From the NCBI GenBank assembly GCA_963806225.1, contig CAWDXG010000001.1, positions 352,001 through 416,000 on the forward strand: a stretch of 64,000 bases of DNA, in the 5' to 3' direction. The notes beneath the pieces were generated by a model. That model was given only the letters and a program-made list of their open reading frames with translations, was not told the origin of the DNA and searched no databases. How positions within the stretch are numbered: the stretch's first letter is position 1; every line of letters starts with the position of its first letter. The translations under genes were made by a program, and so were the position numbers. The DNA is from an uncultured delta proteobacterium (GTDB taxonomy: Bacteria; Myxococcota_A; Polyangia; Polyangiales; Polyangiaceae). Shown here piece by piece: positions 1 through 10,140 of this stretch.

Positions 1-281
1 TCCTGGTGGCGGCTCAGCGGGTCGCCCACCTGCACCATGAAGTTCGGGATGACGCGGTGGAAGCGCACGCCGTCGTACATCGGCGTGCCCTTCATGCTCT
101 GGCCCGTCTTCGGGTCCTTCCAGTCGATGTTCCCGGTGGCGAGCCCGACGAAGTTCGCGACCGTCTTGGGCGCGCGCTGCTCTTCCAGCTCGATGATGAT
201 GTTGCCCTGCGTGGTGTGCAGCCGCGCATACAGCGCCCCGCTGCCCGCTACCTCGATCGGGGGAAAGTTCGGTTCAGCCAT
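1..281 (-). CDS. Cyclophilin-type peptidyl-prolyl cis-trans isomerase (5' part; runs off the window)
   Basis: Manual minus-strand translation from the ATG at 281: MAEPNFPP...LHTTQGNIIIELEEQRAPKTVANFVGLATG...YDGVRFHRVIPNFMVQVGDP, which contains the cyclophilin FHRVIxxFMxQxGDP motif. AGGAG RBS upstream. Not in the ORF track. Confidence 0.9.
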   Translation of the reverse strand, partial: MAEPNFPPIEVAGSGALYARLHTTQGNIIIELEEQRAPKTVANFVGLATGNIDWKDPKTGQSMKGTPMYDGVRFHRVIPNFMVQVGDPLSRHQ

Positions 282-378
282 GGATCTCCTCGCTGGTTCG
301 GGTGACCGGAAAATCGTTCGGCCCCGGTCCTAGCACAGCTCCGCGCGGACCGGCGGCGTCGATGCGCGCGGCGGGCTT

Positions 379-1629
379 CTACGATTCCCCGTCGGGAACC
401 GGAGCGTCGGCGGCGGCCTGTTGTCGGGTGGGCATGGGCAGCTTCCGCGCGATGACGGCCCAGATAGCGACGGCGCAGGCCAGGACGACGAACAGCACCC
501 AGTAGTTTTCGCGGAGCACGATGCCGGCGCTGCCGCGCTGCAGGAACGCTCCGCCGAGCAGGGCTCCGCCGAACGAGCCGAGGTACTGGCTCATGTTGAA
601 GAGGCCCACGGCCGTGCCGCGGTTCTCTGCGGGAGCGAGCCGTGTCTCGAGCGAAGGCATGATGGCTTCGAGCAGGCTGAAGCCGATGAAGTACAGCCCG
701 ATCGCCACGGAGAACCAGGTCAGGTTGCGGCCGCCGCTCGTGAACAGCAGCAGTCCCGCGCCAAGAGTCAGCAGTGAAAAATACAGCGCCTCCTTCATGT
801 AGCCGTCTCGTTCGGCGAAGATGATCGCAGGCACCATCACGACGGCGCTGACCAGGAGCGCGCCCAGATAGACCAACCACTGGTGCTGCTTCTGCACGAG
901 CCCGGACAGCAGAAACGGCGCCACCAGGAACAGTCCGCGCAGCGTGCCGTTGAGCATGAAGATCCCGCTGTTCATCCTGAGCAGAACGGGGTTCGTCAGC
1001 ACGGCCTTGAACCCGCCGGCAGAGATCTCGGCTTCGTCGTGGTGCTCGTGCTTTTCGGGGGTCGGCACGACGAACAGCACGACCAGCAGCGCGATCGGCG
1101 TCAGCGCGGCCAGGAGCTCGAAGATCGATGTGACGCCGAAGTGGCCGGCCAGCAGCGGACCGCCCACGAAGCCCACGCCGAAGGCGAGCCCGATGCTGCT
1201 GCCGATGATGGCCATGGCGCGCGTCCTGACTGCCGGCCGTGTCAGATCCGCCACGAGCGCCAGGATCACGGCGGCGACGGCTCCGGAGCCCTGCAGAGCC
1301 ATGGCGCCGATGAGCTGCCAGATCGAGTGCGCGAAGGCCGCCCACAGGCTGCCGGCCGTGAACAGACACAGCGCCACGGCGATCATCGGCTTGCGACCGA
1401 CGCGGTCGCTCATCCAGCCGAACGGCACCTGGAACGCGGTCTGCAAGAGCGGGAAGGCTCCGAAGGCCAGCCCGACCAGCAGCGGGCTCGCGCCCTTCAT
1501 GTGGCTCGCGTACGGGCTGAGCACCGGCAGCACGAGAAAGATCCCGAGCATGCGCAGGAAAAACACGCCGCTTAGTGTGCCGATGGATCGCCATTCCTGG
1601 CGGTTTAGCCGCGTTCGCTCAGCCTTCAT
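379..1629 (-). CDS. MFS transporter (YajR-like)
   Basis: About 12 hydrophobic segments and MFS motif A GWMSDRVGRK; start trimmed to MKAERTRL. Confidence 0.88.
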   Translation of the reverse strand: MKAERTRLNRQEWRSIGTLSGVFFLRMLGIFLVLPVLSPYASHMKGASPLLVGLAFGAFPLLQTAFQVPFGWMSDRVGRKPMIAVALCLFTAGSLWAAFAHSIWQLIGAMALQGSGAVAAVILALVADLTRPAVRTRAMAIIGSSIGLAFGVGFVGGPLLAGHFGVTSIFELLAALTPIALLVVLFVVPTPEKHEHHDEAEISAGGFKAVLTNPVLLRMNSGIFMLNGTLRGLFLVAPFLLSGLVQKQHQWLVYLGALLVSAVVMVPAIIFAERDGYMKEALYFSLLTLGAGLLLFTSGGRNLTWFSVAIGLYFIGFSLLEAIMPSLETRLAPAENRGTAVGLFNMSQYLGSFGGALLGGAFLQRGSAGIVLRENYWVLFVVLACAVAIWAVIARKLPMPTRQQAAADAPVPDGES

Positions 1630-1855
1630 GCGCTCCCATTCTCCGCGGCCTCGACGAGGCCGGCGCGAAGTGTACACCGCGCACCGGTGTTGTCTGCTGC
1701 TGTTGTCCGCGTGGCCCCAGCTTGCCCGCCGCGTGCACCCCAGGACCTCGAAACCAGCGAAACCAACGGGTCTGTCGGGATATTCCTCGGGGCTTTGCGC
1801 GGGGACTGCACGGCGACGAGCAGCACCTGCTGCGCGCCCTCGACCGGGGCGTTGC

Positions 1856-2656
1856 TCAGGTGTGGGGGTTGCCGCGGAGGGCCAGCAGCAGCGCTTCCTG
1901 TGAGCCTTCGGGCGCGACCTCGCCGTCGTCGAGCAGGCGCACGGACAGCTCTTTGCCCTGGCCCAGCCGGACCGCGACGCGCACGGCGCGCATCGGCTCC
2001 AGCGGGTCGGGAATGCTCTCCAGCGTTCTCGGGCCGTTGCTGGAGCGAGGCGCCATCGGTGGATCCGGGGCATGCGGGGCGGTGGAGCTCACGAGCTCGC
2101 GGTCCTCTTCCATCACCACCGTCGGCTCGAGTGGCTCGCGCCGCACCTCGGGGGGCAGCGGGCGGGACGGCCGCGCCGACCGTGGCGGATGATCCGGCTC
2201 GGTGTCGTCCACGCGCCGGATCGCCTCGATCAAGTCCGAGGCCGGCGCTTCCAGCCGCGTCTGCGCGAAGTCGTAGGGCGCCGTGGGAGGCAGCTTGCGC
2301 CTGGGGCTGGCTGCCGGAGGCGGCGCGGGAGTGGGCGGCGCGGGGGTCGGAGCAGGCGGGGGTGCGGCGGCGGCCCCCGATGGACCTGCAGCTGCGACGG
2401 ACACCTCGCCGGACGCCGTGCCTTCCGCGAGCCCGAGCCGCTCGAACTCCGCCGCGGCCTGCGAAAGCGCGTCGGCGCGCGCGTCCAGCCCGTCGCCGCG
2501 GGCTGTCTCGGCCGCCTGCCGGAGCCAGAGCAGGGTCTTGCGTCCATCGCCGCGTGCCCACATGGCCAGAACAGTCTCTACTGCCCAGCGCAGGTCGGAC
2601 GAATCGTCCGGGCGAGGCGAGAGCACCTCCTGCATCCAGCTCGGCAGGTTGCCCAT
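1856..2656 (-). CDS. Hypothetical protein with Pro/Ala-rich linker
   Basis: ORF directly downstream of the thiolase; helical N-terminal domain, low-complexity linker, short C-terminal beta domain. Confidence 0.6.
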   Translation of the reverse strand: MGNLPSWMQEVLSPRPDDSSDLRWAVETVLAMWARGDGRKTLLWLRQAAETARGDGLDARADALSQAAAEFERLGLAEGTASGEVSVAAAGPSGAAAAPPPAPTPAPPTPAPPPAASPRRKLPPTAPYDFAQTRLEAPASDLIEAIRRVDDTEPDHPPRSARPSRPLPPEVRREPLEPTVVMEEDRELVSSTAPHAPDPPMAPRSSNGPRTLESIPDPLEPMRAVRVAVRLGQGKELSVRLLDDGEVAPEGSQEALLLALRGNPHT

Positions 2657-2664
2657 CTTCCCGA

Positions 2665-3873
2665 TCAGGCCTTCTCGAACAGAGTGGCAATGCCCTGACC
2701 GACGCCGATGCACAGCGACGCGAGCCCCACGCGCGCCTTGTCGTCGGCTTTCATGGCATTGAGCAGGGTCACCACGATGCGCGCGCCGGAGGCACCGATC
2801 GGGTGCCCCAGCGCGAGTGCGCCGCCGCGCACGTTGACGCGCTCCGGATCCAGATCCAGGCCCCGGATGCAGGCGAGGCTCTGCGACGCGAACGCCTCGT
2901 TCAGCTCGATAACGTCGATGTTCGGCGAGCGCAGCCCCGCGCGCGCCAGCGCCTTCTTCGTCGCGGGGATCGGGCCCTCGCCCATGTAGCTCGGGTCCAC
3001 GCCGGCGGTGGCGGAGGCGATGTAGCGCAACTGGGGCTCGATACCGAGCTCCTTCACCACACTCTCGCTGGCCAACATCACCGCAGCTGCCCCGTCGTTT
3101 AGCGGCGAGGAATTGCCGGCCGTTACCGACCCGCCCTCGCGGAACGCGGGCTTGAGCTTCGCGAGCTTCTCCATGCTCGTGTCGGGTCGGATCGACTCGT
3201 CGCGGTCGACAACGATGGCCGGCCCCTTCCGCTGTGGCACCTCCACCGGCACGATCTCGTCCGCGAAGAGCTTCTGCTCCCAGGCGGCGGCAGCTTTCTG
3301 CTGCGAGCCGAGCGCGAAGCGGTCCTGCTCCTCGCGGCCGATGCCGAACTTCTTGGCGACGTTCTCGGCGGTCTCGCCCATGCCGATGAGATCGAAGCGC
3401 TCGGCCATCTTCGGGTTCGGATAGCGCCAGCCGAGCGTCGTGTCGTAGATGGCGGGTGGCTGGCGCGAATAGGCCTCCTGGGCCTTGGGCATCGAATAGG
3501 GCGCACGCGTCATGCTCTCGACGCCGCCGGCGATGGCGACTTCGGCTTCGCCCAGGGCGATCATGCGCGCGGCGTCGTTGAGCGCCTCGAGCCCGGAGCC
3601 GCAGAGTCGGTTCACGGTGACGGCCGGCACTTCGTAGGGCAGCCCCGCGAGCAGGAGCGCCATGCGCGCCACGTTGCGGTTGTCCTCGCCGGCCTGGTTC
3701 GTCGAGCCGAACACGACCTGATCGATGCGTTCGGAGAGCGCGGGTTGGCGCTGCACGAGGGTCGACACCGTCAGCGCAGCCAGATCGTCGGTGCGCACCG
3801 CGGCGAGCGCACCGCGGAACTTCCCGATCGGCGTGCGGATGGCGTCGATGACGTAGACGGTATTGATCGACAT
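2665..3873 (-). CDS. Acetyl-CoA C-acyltransferase (thiolase, PcaF/PaaJ-like)
   Basis: Motifs NRLCGSG, NEAFA, GHPIGASG and CIGVGQG; QAGEDNRNVARM is typical of PcaF/PaaJ. Confidence 0.93.
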   Translation of the reverse strand: MSINTVYVIDAIRTPIGKFRGALAAVRTDDLAALTVSTLVQRQPALSERIDQVVFGSTNQAGEDNRNVARMALLLAGLPYEVPAVTVNRLCGSGLEALNDAARMIALGEAEVAIAGGVESMTRAPYSMPKAQEAYSRQPPAIYDTTLGWRYPNPKMAERFDLIGMGETAENVAKKFGIGREEQDRFALGSQQKAAAAWEQKLFADEIVPVEVPQRKGPAIVVDRDESIRPDTSMEKLAKLKPAFREGGSVTAGNSSPLNDGAAAVMLASESVVKELGIEPQLRYIASATAGVDPSYMGEGPIPATKKALARAGLRSPNIDVIELNEAFASQSLACIRGLDLDPERVNVRGGALALGHPIGASGARIVVTLLNAMKADDKARVGLASLCIGVGQGIATLFEKA

Positions 3874-3948
3874 GGCGCAGAGTCTACGCTGGTGCGCCGC
3901 GCGTTTGTAGTCCCGCGCGCGGCGTTCTCGCCGGCAGAAATCCGGCGA

Positions 3949-4947
3949 TTATTCCCGCCCAGCGTCGCGCGGGGCGCTGCCGCCGCCCTGCGCGGGAAAA
4001 ACCAGCACCCAGGAGCCCGGGCCCGGGTGGTACAGGCGCGTCTTGCCCGGGTACTGTCCGCGATGGAAGTACGGATACCAGGGCAGCGAGCGCCAGGCTT
4101 TCGTGTCCTTGACGAACTCCGGCACGATCAGGTCGAGCGCGGCGTAGCGCTGGCCGGTCGCTTCGGACACGCGCTTCCCGAAGCTCCACTGCTCGAGGCC
4201 CTTCCGCGGATACAGGTCGTTGTGCATGGCACCGCCGTAGGCGATCACGAGCTTTTCGGGCTTGCTGCCTTTCTCGTTGCGCTTGGCCAGCTTCGTCAGA
4301 TCGTCGCCGCTGAGCCGCGTGATCATCTCCAGCATCTGCTCGACGTCGTTCGGCCCCGCCTGGAGGATCTTGTCGTACTCCTTGCACGACGGCCTGAGCG
4401 CGTGCGGTTGGATGCCGAGATGCTTGGCGGCGGTGCCGAGCGCGATGAACTCGTTCTGGTCGCCCTTGGCCTGGTGCTTCGTCACGACCTTCTGCTTCTT
4501 CGCGACCTTCTTGACCTGCTTCTGGCAGCGGCTGTTCCCCAGCCACAGCTCCAGCACCAGATCGCTGGCGCGCCCTTTCAACTCCGGGAGCAGCTGTTCG
4601 GTGAAACGCTTCGTGGCCGACTCGATGCCTACGCTTCCCCGCTGCGCATGCGTCTCGCCGACCGCCAGCACGAGTGGCTTTTCCGCCAGCACCGTGGACA
4701 GCGCCTTCTCCGGCGAATCGTACAGCCGGCAGCCGAGGCCGCCGCAGCTTTGCGTGTCACCGGCCGGATGGGCCGAGGCCGTCGCGGAGGGTTCCGGGCG
4801 GGGAGCGACGGATGGCGCGGGAGCCGTCACGGCCGCGGAAGCACCGGGGCTCGGCGCCGGCTCGCTCGGGTGGTTGCAGGCGGCGAGTGCGAGCCCGATC
4901 CCTAATGGAATCCAGAGGTAACGACCAGCCCGCCCGCGCTCCGCCAT
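3949..4947 (-). CDS. Hypothetical lipoprotein
   Basis: Lipobox LAAC; GETH and YGGAMHN motifs weakly recall TIKI/ChaN-like folds. Confidence 0.65.
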   Translation of the reverse strand: MAERGRAGRYLWIPLGIGLALAACNHPSEPAPSPGASAAVTAPAPSVAPRPEPSATASAHPAGDTQSCGGLGCRLYDSPEKALSTVLAEKPLVLAVGETHAQRGSVGIESATKRFTEQLLPELKGRASDLVLELWLGNSRCQKQVKKVAKKQKVVTKHQAKGDQNEFIALGTAAKHLGIQPHALRPSCKEYDKILQAGPNDVEQMLEMITRLSGDDLTKLAKRNEKGSKPEKLVIAYGGAMHNDLYPRKGLEQWSFGKRVSEATGQRYAALDLIVPEFVKDTKAWRSLPWYPYFHRGQYPGKTRLYHPGPGSWVLVFPAQGGGSAPRDAGRE

Positions 4948-5000
4948 AGGCCGATAATGCCACGCTTTGCCCGCGCGCGGGCCTCATCTACCCTCGGGGC

Positions 5001-6410
5001 ATGCCGCCGCCCTGGAATACCTGGCCGTACCACCGCACCAGCTCCGCGCTGTCGTTTCCGCGCGACGAGGGCTGGCACCGCCTGCTGCCGCTGGGCGTTG
5101 CCAATCCCGCACTCGGCGACATGGAGTGGGTGTACCTCAACAGTCACGTCAAGGAGCAGGGCGGGGCAGGGCGCACGTTCGTCGTGTTCGCCGCCTACTT
5201 CACCCAGCACTTGCGCTTCCTCGTGGTGCGCGCATTCGACGCGCAGGACCGCTACCTCGGCGGCTGGACGGGGACGGCATGGGGCCTGCTTCGTCCCTCC
5301 GCCGAGCGGCTCGACCTCACCTTCAAGCACGGCGGTGGCACCGACGAATGGAAGACGAGGCTCGATGCCCAGGGCGACCCGATCCCGTTCGCGTCCCGGC
5401 TGCACGCTCTCGACGACGCCGGAAAGTTCTCGGTCGATCTCGAGCTCGAGTGCACGAAGCGTCCCTACGAGGCCGGCGGCGTCGGATTCCTGCCCTTCGG
5501 CAGGCGCGGCTCGTTCTACTACTACTCGCTCACCCGGCTGTCGGTGGCCGGCACGCTCAGGCTGCCGAAGAACGGTGGCGGCGAAGAGACGATCGCCGTC
5601 GACGGCATCGGTTGGTACGACCACCAGTGGGGGCCGTTCTACGTCACGCCTTTCCGGACCAAGAACCTCGAGCAGTACGAGTGGATGAGCATCCAGCTCG
5701 ACTCGGGCGACGAGATCCTGCTTACCACCGTGTGGGAGCCGGACGGGCGCACGCCCGGGCTTCCCGCCTACGGCGGGGCGGGTCTGATCCGCGCCGATAG
5801 CACCTTCGACAAGCTCATAGGCTCGCACCGCTGGAAGCGCACGCGCTTCTGGCGCTCGCCGGATCAGCACGCCATCTACGCGGCGGAGTGGACCTTCGAC
5901 GCGCCGGAGTGGAACACCTCGCTCCGCATCACGCCGCGCTACCACGACCAGCTCACTCCCATCGTCGACGACCCGCCGCCGAACCTGCTCGGGAGCGTGG
6001 CCCACATGTTCGAGGGCTGGGCGAACTGGCTCGGCGACTTCTGGGAAGGCAGCTGCCGCGTGACCGGCACGTTCAATGGGCAGCCTGCGAGCGGCGTTGC
6101 CTTCGGCGAGCTCATCAAGCGCTACGAGGATCCAGAGTTCAGGATCGAGGTCGTCCGGAACGAGCCCGGACGCACCCTGCTCGAGTGGAGGGTCGACAAC
6201 CCCGACGAACAGGTGAAGCTCGAATACCGCTTTTTCCTCGAGCACGCCGACGGCACGCCGATCATCGATCGTTCCGGACTCGATATCCCGGTGATGGTGC
6301 TCGACGATCCGGCGCTGCCGTCGGGCGAGGCGCTTGTGGCGCGCGTCGTGGCGCGCTCGGTCGACGGAGCCATCTCCGGCACTGCTACCACTTCCGTTAC
6401 GTTGCGCTGA
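5001..6410 (+). CDS. Lipocalin-like AttH/CrtC (carotenoid 1,2-hydratase-like) domain protein with C-terminal beta-sandwich
   Basis: EWVY, YYYSLTR, GIGWYDHQWG, YEWMSIQLD and FWEG match AttH/CrtC family patterns. Confidence 0.75.
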   Translation: MPPPWNTWPYHRTSSALSFPRDEGWHRLLPLGVANPALGDMEWVYLNSHVKEQGGAGRTFVVFAAYFTQHLRFLVVRAFDAQDRYLGGWTGTAWGLLRPSAERLDLTFKHGGGTDEWKTRLDAQGDPIPFASRLHALDDAGKFSVDLELECTKRPYEAGGVGFLPFGRRGSFYYYSLTRLSVAGTLRLPKNGGGEETIAVDGIGWYDHQWGPFYVTPFRTKNLEQYEWMSIQLDSGDEILLTTVWEPDGRTPGLPAYGGAGLIRADSTFDKLIGSHRWKRTRFWRSPDQHAIYAAEWTFDAPEWNTSLRITPRYHDQLTPIVDDPPPNLLGSVAHMFEGWANWLGDFWEGSCRVTGTFNGQPASGVAFGELIKRYEDPEFRIEVVRNEPGRTLLEWRVDNPDEQVKLEYRFFLEHADGTPIIDRSGLDIPVMVLDDPALPSGEALVARVVARSVDGAISGTATTSVTLR

Positions 6411-6474
6411 TCCCTCGTGGCCCGGTTCACTACGGCTGGAACACGCTCCGCCGTTTGGTCTAGGGGGCAGCCGC

Positions 6475-6710
6475 TTCACGGCGCGGATACGCCGCGGTCG
6501 CGCCGCGGTCGCACCGCGCTTGTTTTGGTCCCCAAGCCCGGGCTTGGCGCCCGATTCACGCGCCCGCGATCCCGCCCCAACGTCTTGTTGCGCAACTCGC
6601 CAAAGCCAGAGGTGGACGCTCCCTACCTGGTCCCACGTCCCATTCCCCCACGATGCCCCCCCGAATCCGCGAAAAACCGGCCAGAAACCCCGCGAAAACC
6701 CCACTGAGCC
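6475..6710 (+). repeat. Degenerate non-coding element, copy 1
   Basis: Ordered motifs GCGGATACGC (6483), CCGCGCTTG (6514), palindrome CCAAGCCCGGGCTTGG (6532-6547) and CCCCGCGAAAAC (6688) recur in reverse orientation at about 9366-9510 and 18504-18632. Confidence 0.55.
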
Positions 6711-6743
6711 GGCCAACTTCTCTTAACATGAGCCTAGGCGGGC

Positions 6744-7157
6744 TCAGAGTTGCCGGTGCGCATGGCCGGTTACGTACGAGAAGGCCAGGCATCGAGCGTG
6801 CTGTTCTCGTGGAGCAAGACGGAGAGAACATCCGAGTCCACCTTGAACCCGTCGAACATCACGTCCCCGGGGCAGGGATTCAGAGCCACCACCAGAATCT
6901 CCGTAGGGATCGCCGGTGTTCGTGAAGTCCCAGACGGTGCCGAGGGTGATGGACGGTTTGGAGCAGTCGGTAACGTCCGAGCCGGCCGGCACCCCGTCGA
7001 CCGTGTAGTCGGTGAGCATCCAGTCGGTGGCGATCAGGTCGTTCCGGAGGTTCTCGGTGTCGACCCCCGGGCTCAAGCTCGCCGCGCCGTTCCCGCTCGA
7101 GCAGGCTGCCATGCACAACGCCAGGGCACTGGCGGCCGAGAGCTGCATGAGGAACAC
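6744..7157 (-). pseudogene. Lipoprotein N-terminal fragment fused to unrelated sequence
   Basis: Lipobox MAAC-SSG; the coding-like frame switches near 6900. Confidence 0.45.
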
Positions 7158-7439
7158 GGTGAACTTCGTCGGTCCTGACCGGAAGCAGCTGAGCTGTCCG
7201 CCGCCCTCCTATCTCGAGCGACAAATCAAGACGCAGCAGGAAGAACTGGACAGTATCAGAAGCAAGCAGACGATGAGCCTGGTCAAGCTCATCGTGTTCC
7301 TGCTGCTCACGCCGGTGTTCGGGGGTCTAGCGCTTGTCTGCGGCTTCTTCTGGAGAAAGAAGAACAAGCTCGACAAGCAGAAGCTCGAACAGGAAGCCGG
7401 CCCCACGCAGAGCGCCTCAAACCAAGCCCAACCCGTCCA

Positions 7440-7600
7440 ACCCGCGCAGTCCCCAGCACAGCACCTCGCCGCTCTTCTTCACGGCGCAGGTCGCGTTGGC
7501 ATCGCCCGAGATCGCCTGCACGTTGGTCAGCCCGCGCACGCGCGCGGGGCTCCTCTCGTTGATGCCGGTGCCGTCGCCGAGCTGGTCCAGCGCGTAGGCA
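7440..7600 (-). pseudogene. RCC1-like repeat fragment
   Basis: QLGDGTGINERSPARVRGLTNVQAISGDANATCAVKKSGEVLCWG is a single RCC1 repeat with no gene context. Confidence 0.7.
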
Positions 7601-8035
7601 AGATGAACGCCCTCTGCTCGTTGCCTCTGGTTGCCCCACGTCACTCCTCCGGCCGCGTCCCGACAGTCTAAGCCTCGACCGAGCTCTGCAGGGGGCGCGC
7701 TTTCGTGGCATCCCGCCCTGCGCGCGTCGTCTCCGCACGCACACCCCGCCTCCGGTCAGATCCCCGCCCCCGCGCTCGCGCCGTTCAGGGCACGTCGAAC
7801 AGCTCCGCCTGCACCGGCTCTCCGAGCCGGCGGCGGATGACGGCATTGTCTCGGGTGCTCGATCTCGCCGGGCACGAGGTAAGGCCAGGGATTCCAACGC
7901 TCGTCCGGAAGCGTAACCGAGCACGGCTCGGCGGTCATCGAGCAGTCCGTGCAGCCTGCGCAGCAGCGCCGAACCTTCGGGAATCAGACGACATGATCGC
8001 TACTTCCGCGCAGTCGCCCGGGTTGTTCGCGGGCT

Positions 8036-8224
8036 ATGTTGGAGTTGCTCGAGCGGCGCCCGGAGATCGCCGAGGAGGCCGCCGAGGTTCTCGCACGCCG
8101 CGAGGCGGAGCCCAGCCAAGTGCGCGAGGATCTTTCTCAGGAAGCCGCCGCGCGTCGTCTGGCGGAAGCCAAGACGGAGCTCGTGGCGCGCATCCGTGGC
8201 TTCTTCAAGCTGGACGAGTCCTAG
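8036..8224 (+). pseudogene. C-terminal remnant resembling the tail of cNMP-binding (MscS-cNMP-type) proteins
   Basis: LLERRPEIAEEAAEVLARR...ELVARIRGFFKL. Confidence 0.45.
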
Positions 8225-8973
8225 TCCCGCGGCATCAGCGATGCCATCTGCTCCCGATACTTGAGGGGCGGGAGAAACGCGAACCAGAGGGAAACGGCGG
8301 TGATCATGGCCAGCGCCGACACCGCGCTGATGGCCCACAGATGCTCCCGGATCCCGGTGCCGTAGATCAGCCGATGCGCGATGGGCACCGCGTACGCCAG
8401 CGCGCAGGCGGTCATGGCGACGCCCCACAGTCCGACCCGGTGCATGACCAACGGATCGGCCAGCCCGATGCGCACGCGGCGGCGAAGTTGAGCGTGAAAG
8501 CGGAAGCACTCGAATGCTATCCAACTAGGGGCCAGGCCGCGGGTGGCGAGCCCGAGCGGAATCCAGGGGCCGCTCATGAGCTTTGAGTCCGCATAGCGGA
8601 GCACCTGGTGCGACAGCACTTCCCCGCAGAAGGCCGCTACGAACAGCAGCGCCAGCGCCACCACGGCGCCGATCGCCCAGCGCTTCTCGGCGTGGAACAC
8701 CCGCCAGGCAAACAGCACCAAGGCGGCGTCGCCAAGGTATTCGATGCTCAGCCCCAGCGTTGCCATGTCGAGCTGCAGCGATGGCGTACCCACTACCAGG
8801 ATCTTGGCTGCGGTCCCGACCGCGAAGGCCAAGAAGCCGGTGAACAGGAGCCCGATCGCCATGAGCAATTCGGGCAGCTTGCGCCTCTGCAAATAGAGCG
8901 ACGCAAGGCGGCTGCCCACGACCAAAGACGTGAGCATGAAAAGCCCGACACCGATGAGGGCCGCGTACTTCAC
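8221..8973 (-). CDS. Integral membrane protein (about 7 TM), unknown function
   Basis: 250 aa with about 7 hydrophobic helices; GTGA overlap with the upstream gene. Confidence 0.75.
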   Translation of the reverse strand: MKYAALIGVGLFMLTSLVVGSRLASLYLQRRKLPELLMAIGLLFTGFLAFAVGTAAKILVVGTPSLQLDMATLGLSIEYLGDAALVLFAWRVFHAEKRWAIGAVVALALLFVAAFCGEVLSHQVLRYADSKLMSGPWIPLGLATRGLAPSWIAFECFRFHAQLRRRVRIGLADPLVMHRVGLWGVAMTACALAYAVPIAHRLIYGTGIREHLWAISAVSALAMITAVSLWFAFLPPLKYREQMASLMPRD

Positions 8974-9293
8974 TTCTTGCTCCTCCGGCCGTCGAGGCGC
9001 TCGAAGACGTCGTAGGCGGTGTCCTTCGCGGGGCCGGCATCGACGTCCGCGCCGGCCAGGTCAGCTGCCAGCGCCGCGCAGATCTCGGCTGCATCGGTCA
9101 CCCGGCGTTTGCGCAACGCCGACGGCATCAGTCGCTTGAGCACGACGTCCATTTGAAAGGTCGCGACGCTGCTCACGTCCAGGCCGGCGTCCTTCAAGAC
9201 CAGGCGCAGGGTGCCGCGCGCCTCGAGGCTGGACAAGTGGGTGCGGCGCTGAAGCTCCATCGCCACCCAGTCGAACACCTTGGACTCCGCCAT
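8970..9293 (-). CDS. Small hypothetical helical protein
   Basis: 107 aa ORF with typical codon usage, translationally coupled to the 7TM gene. Confidence 0.75.
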   Translation of the reverse strand: MAESKVFDWVAMELQRRTHLSSLEARGTLRLVLKDAGLDVSSVATFQMDVVLKRLMPSALRKRRVTDAAEICAALAADLAGADVDAGPAKDTAYDVFERLDGRRSKK

Positions 9294-9365
9294 TGAGCGC
9301 CGATCTCAATCTTGGCACTGAACGGCGATAGTTCCGACGGAATTCTTGAACCCCGTCCGGGTGTA

Positions 9366-9510
9366 GTTTTCGCGGGGCTCGGGCGTCTTCACCCGCTGAC
9401 CGGACAGCATCAGGCACGTCGGACGGTCGAGGCCAAGCCCGGAGCTTGGCTCCGTGGAGGGGTGCTTGGGATCGAGCTCGTCGTGCTGTCGGCGACGACG
9501 GACAAGCGCG
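9366..9510 (-). repeat. Degenerate non-coding element, copy 2
   Basis: On the minus strand: CGCGCTTGT (9502-9510), GCCAAGCTCCGGGCTTGGC (9432-9450), CCCCGCGAAAAC (9366-9377), in the same order as copy 1. Confidence 0.5.
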
Positions 9511-9679
9511 TGTTGACATCTCCCCCCATAGAAGGAAATCCAACCCCATCCCCGGAGCGTACGCCTGGCGGCAGAGGCGGGACAGTGGAGCGCGGGTCCA
9601 CGGCGCGGGTCGGCGCAAACAGGCTGGTCGCGTTGGTGGTGGTGTTGCGTCGCGCGCGTCGAGGCGACCCGCGCGATGA

Positions 9680-10080
9680 TCAGTAGTGCACGGCCGCGCG
9701 GAGTGCGCGACGGTCCGAGTAGCCGTAGCTGGAGTCGACACCCGTCAGCTGCTTCGCGGCGGCGCCGGCTTTGTTGAACGTGATGGTGTGCTGTCCGGTC
9801 AGCATGGGCAGGCAGCCGTCACCGCGCCTGGCAAACATGAAGTCGATGCGATTGCTGCTGTTCAGGGTCCAGTTGGTGTCCAGGCAGGCCTTCACATCGC
9901 TGCTCCCGGCGCACTTGGAAAAGATGGCGTCGCGGAAGCCGAGGGCCCCTCCGAGGTCCCCGTTCGCCGCTTGGTACCAGGGCTTGTAGTCGCCCTGCGC
10001 GTTGCGATCCGACTCGTTGGCGTCGCCGCCCCAGATCATCAGGTCCCCACCGAAGTCCGCTTGCGCACGACTACCGACGC
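9680..10080 (-). pseudogene. Endonuclease/exonuclease/phosphatase (EEP) family C-terminal fragment
   Basis: IWGGDAN ... RIDFMF ... SDR (normally SDH); N-terminus absent, abuts the NmrA gene end. Confidence 0.65.
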
Positions 10081-10140
10081 GCGGCGTGAAGAGGTCGCAG
10101 CGACGCTTTTCTTGTCGGCGGATGGTTGGAAACCGTGGCC

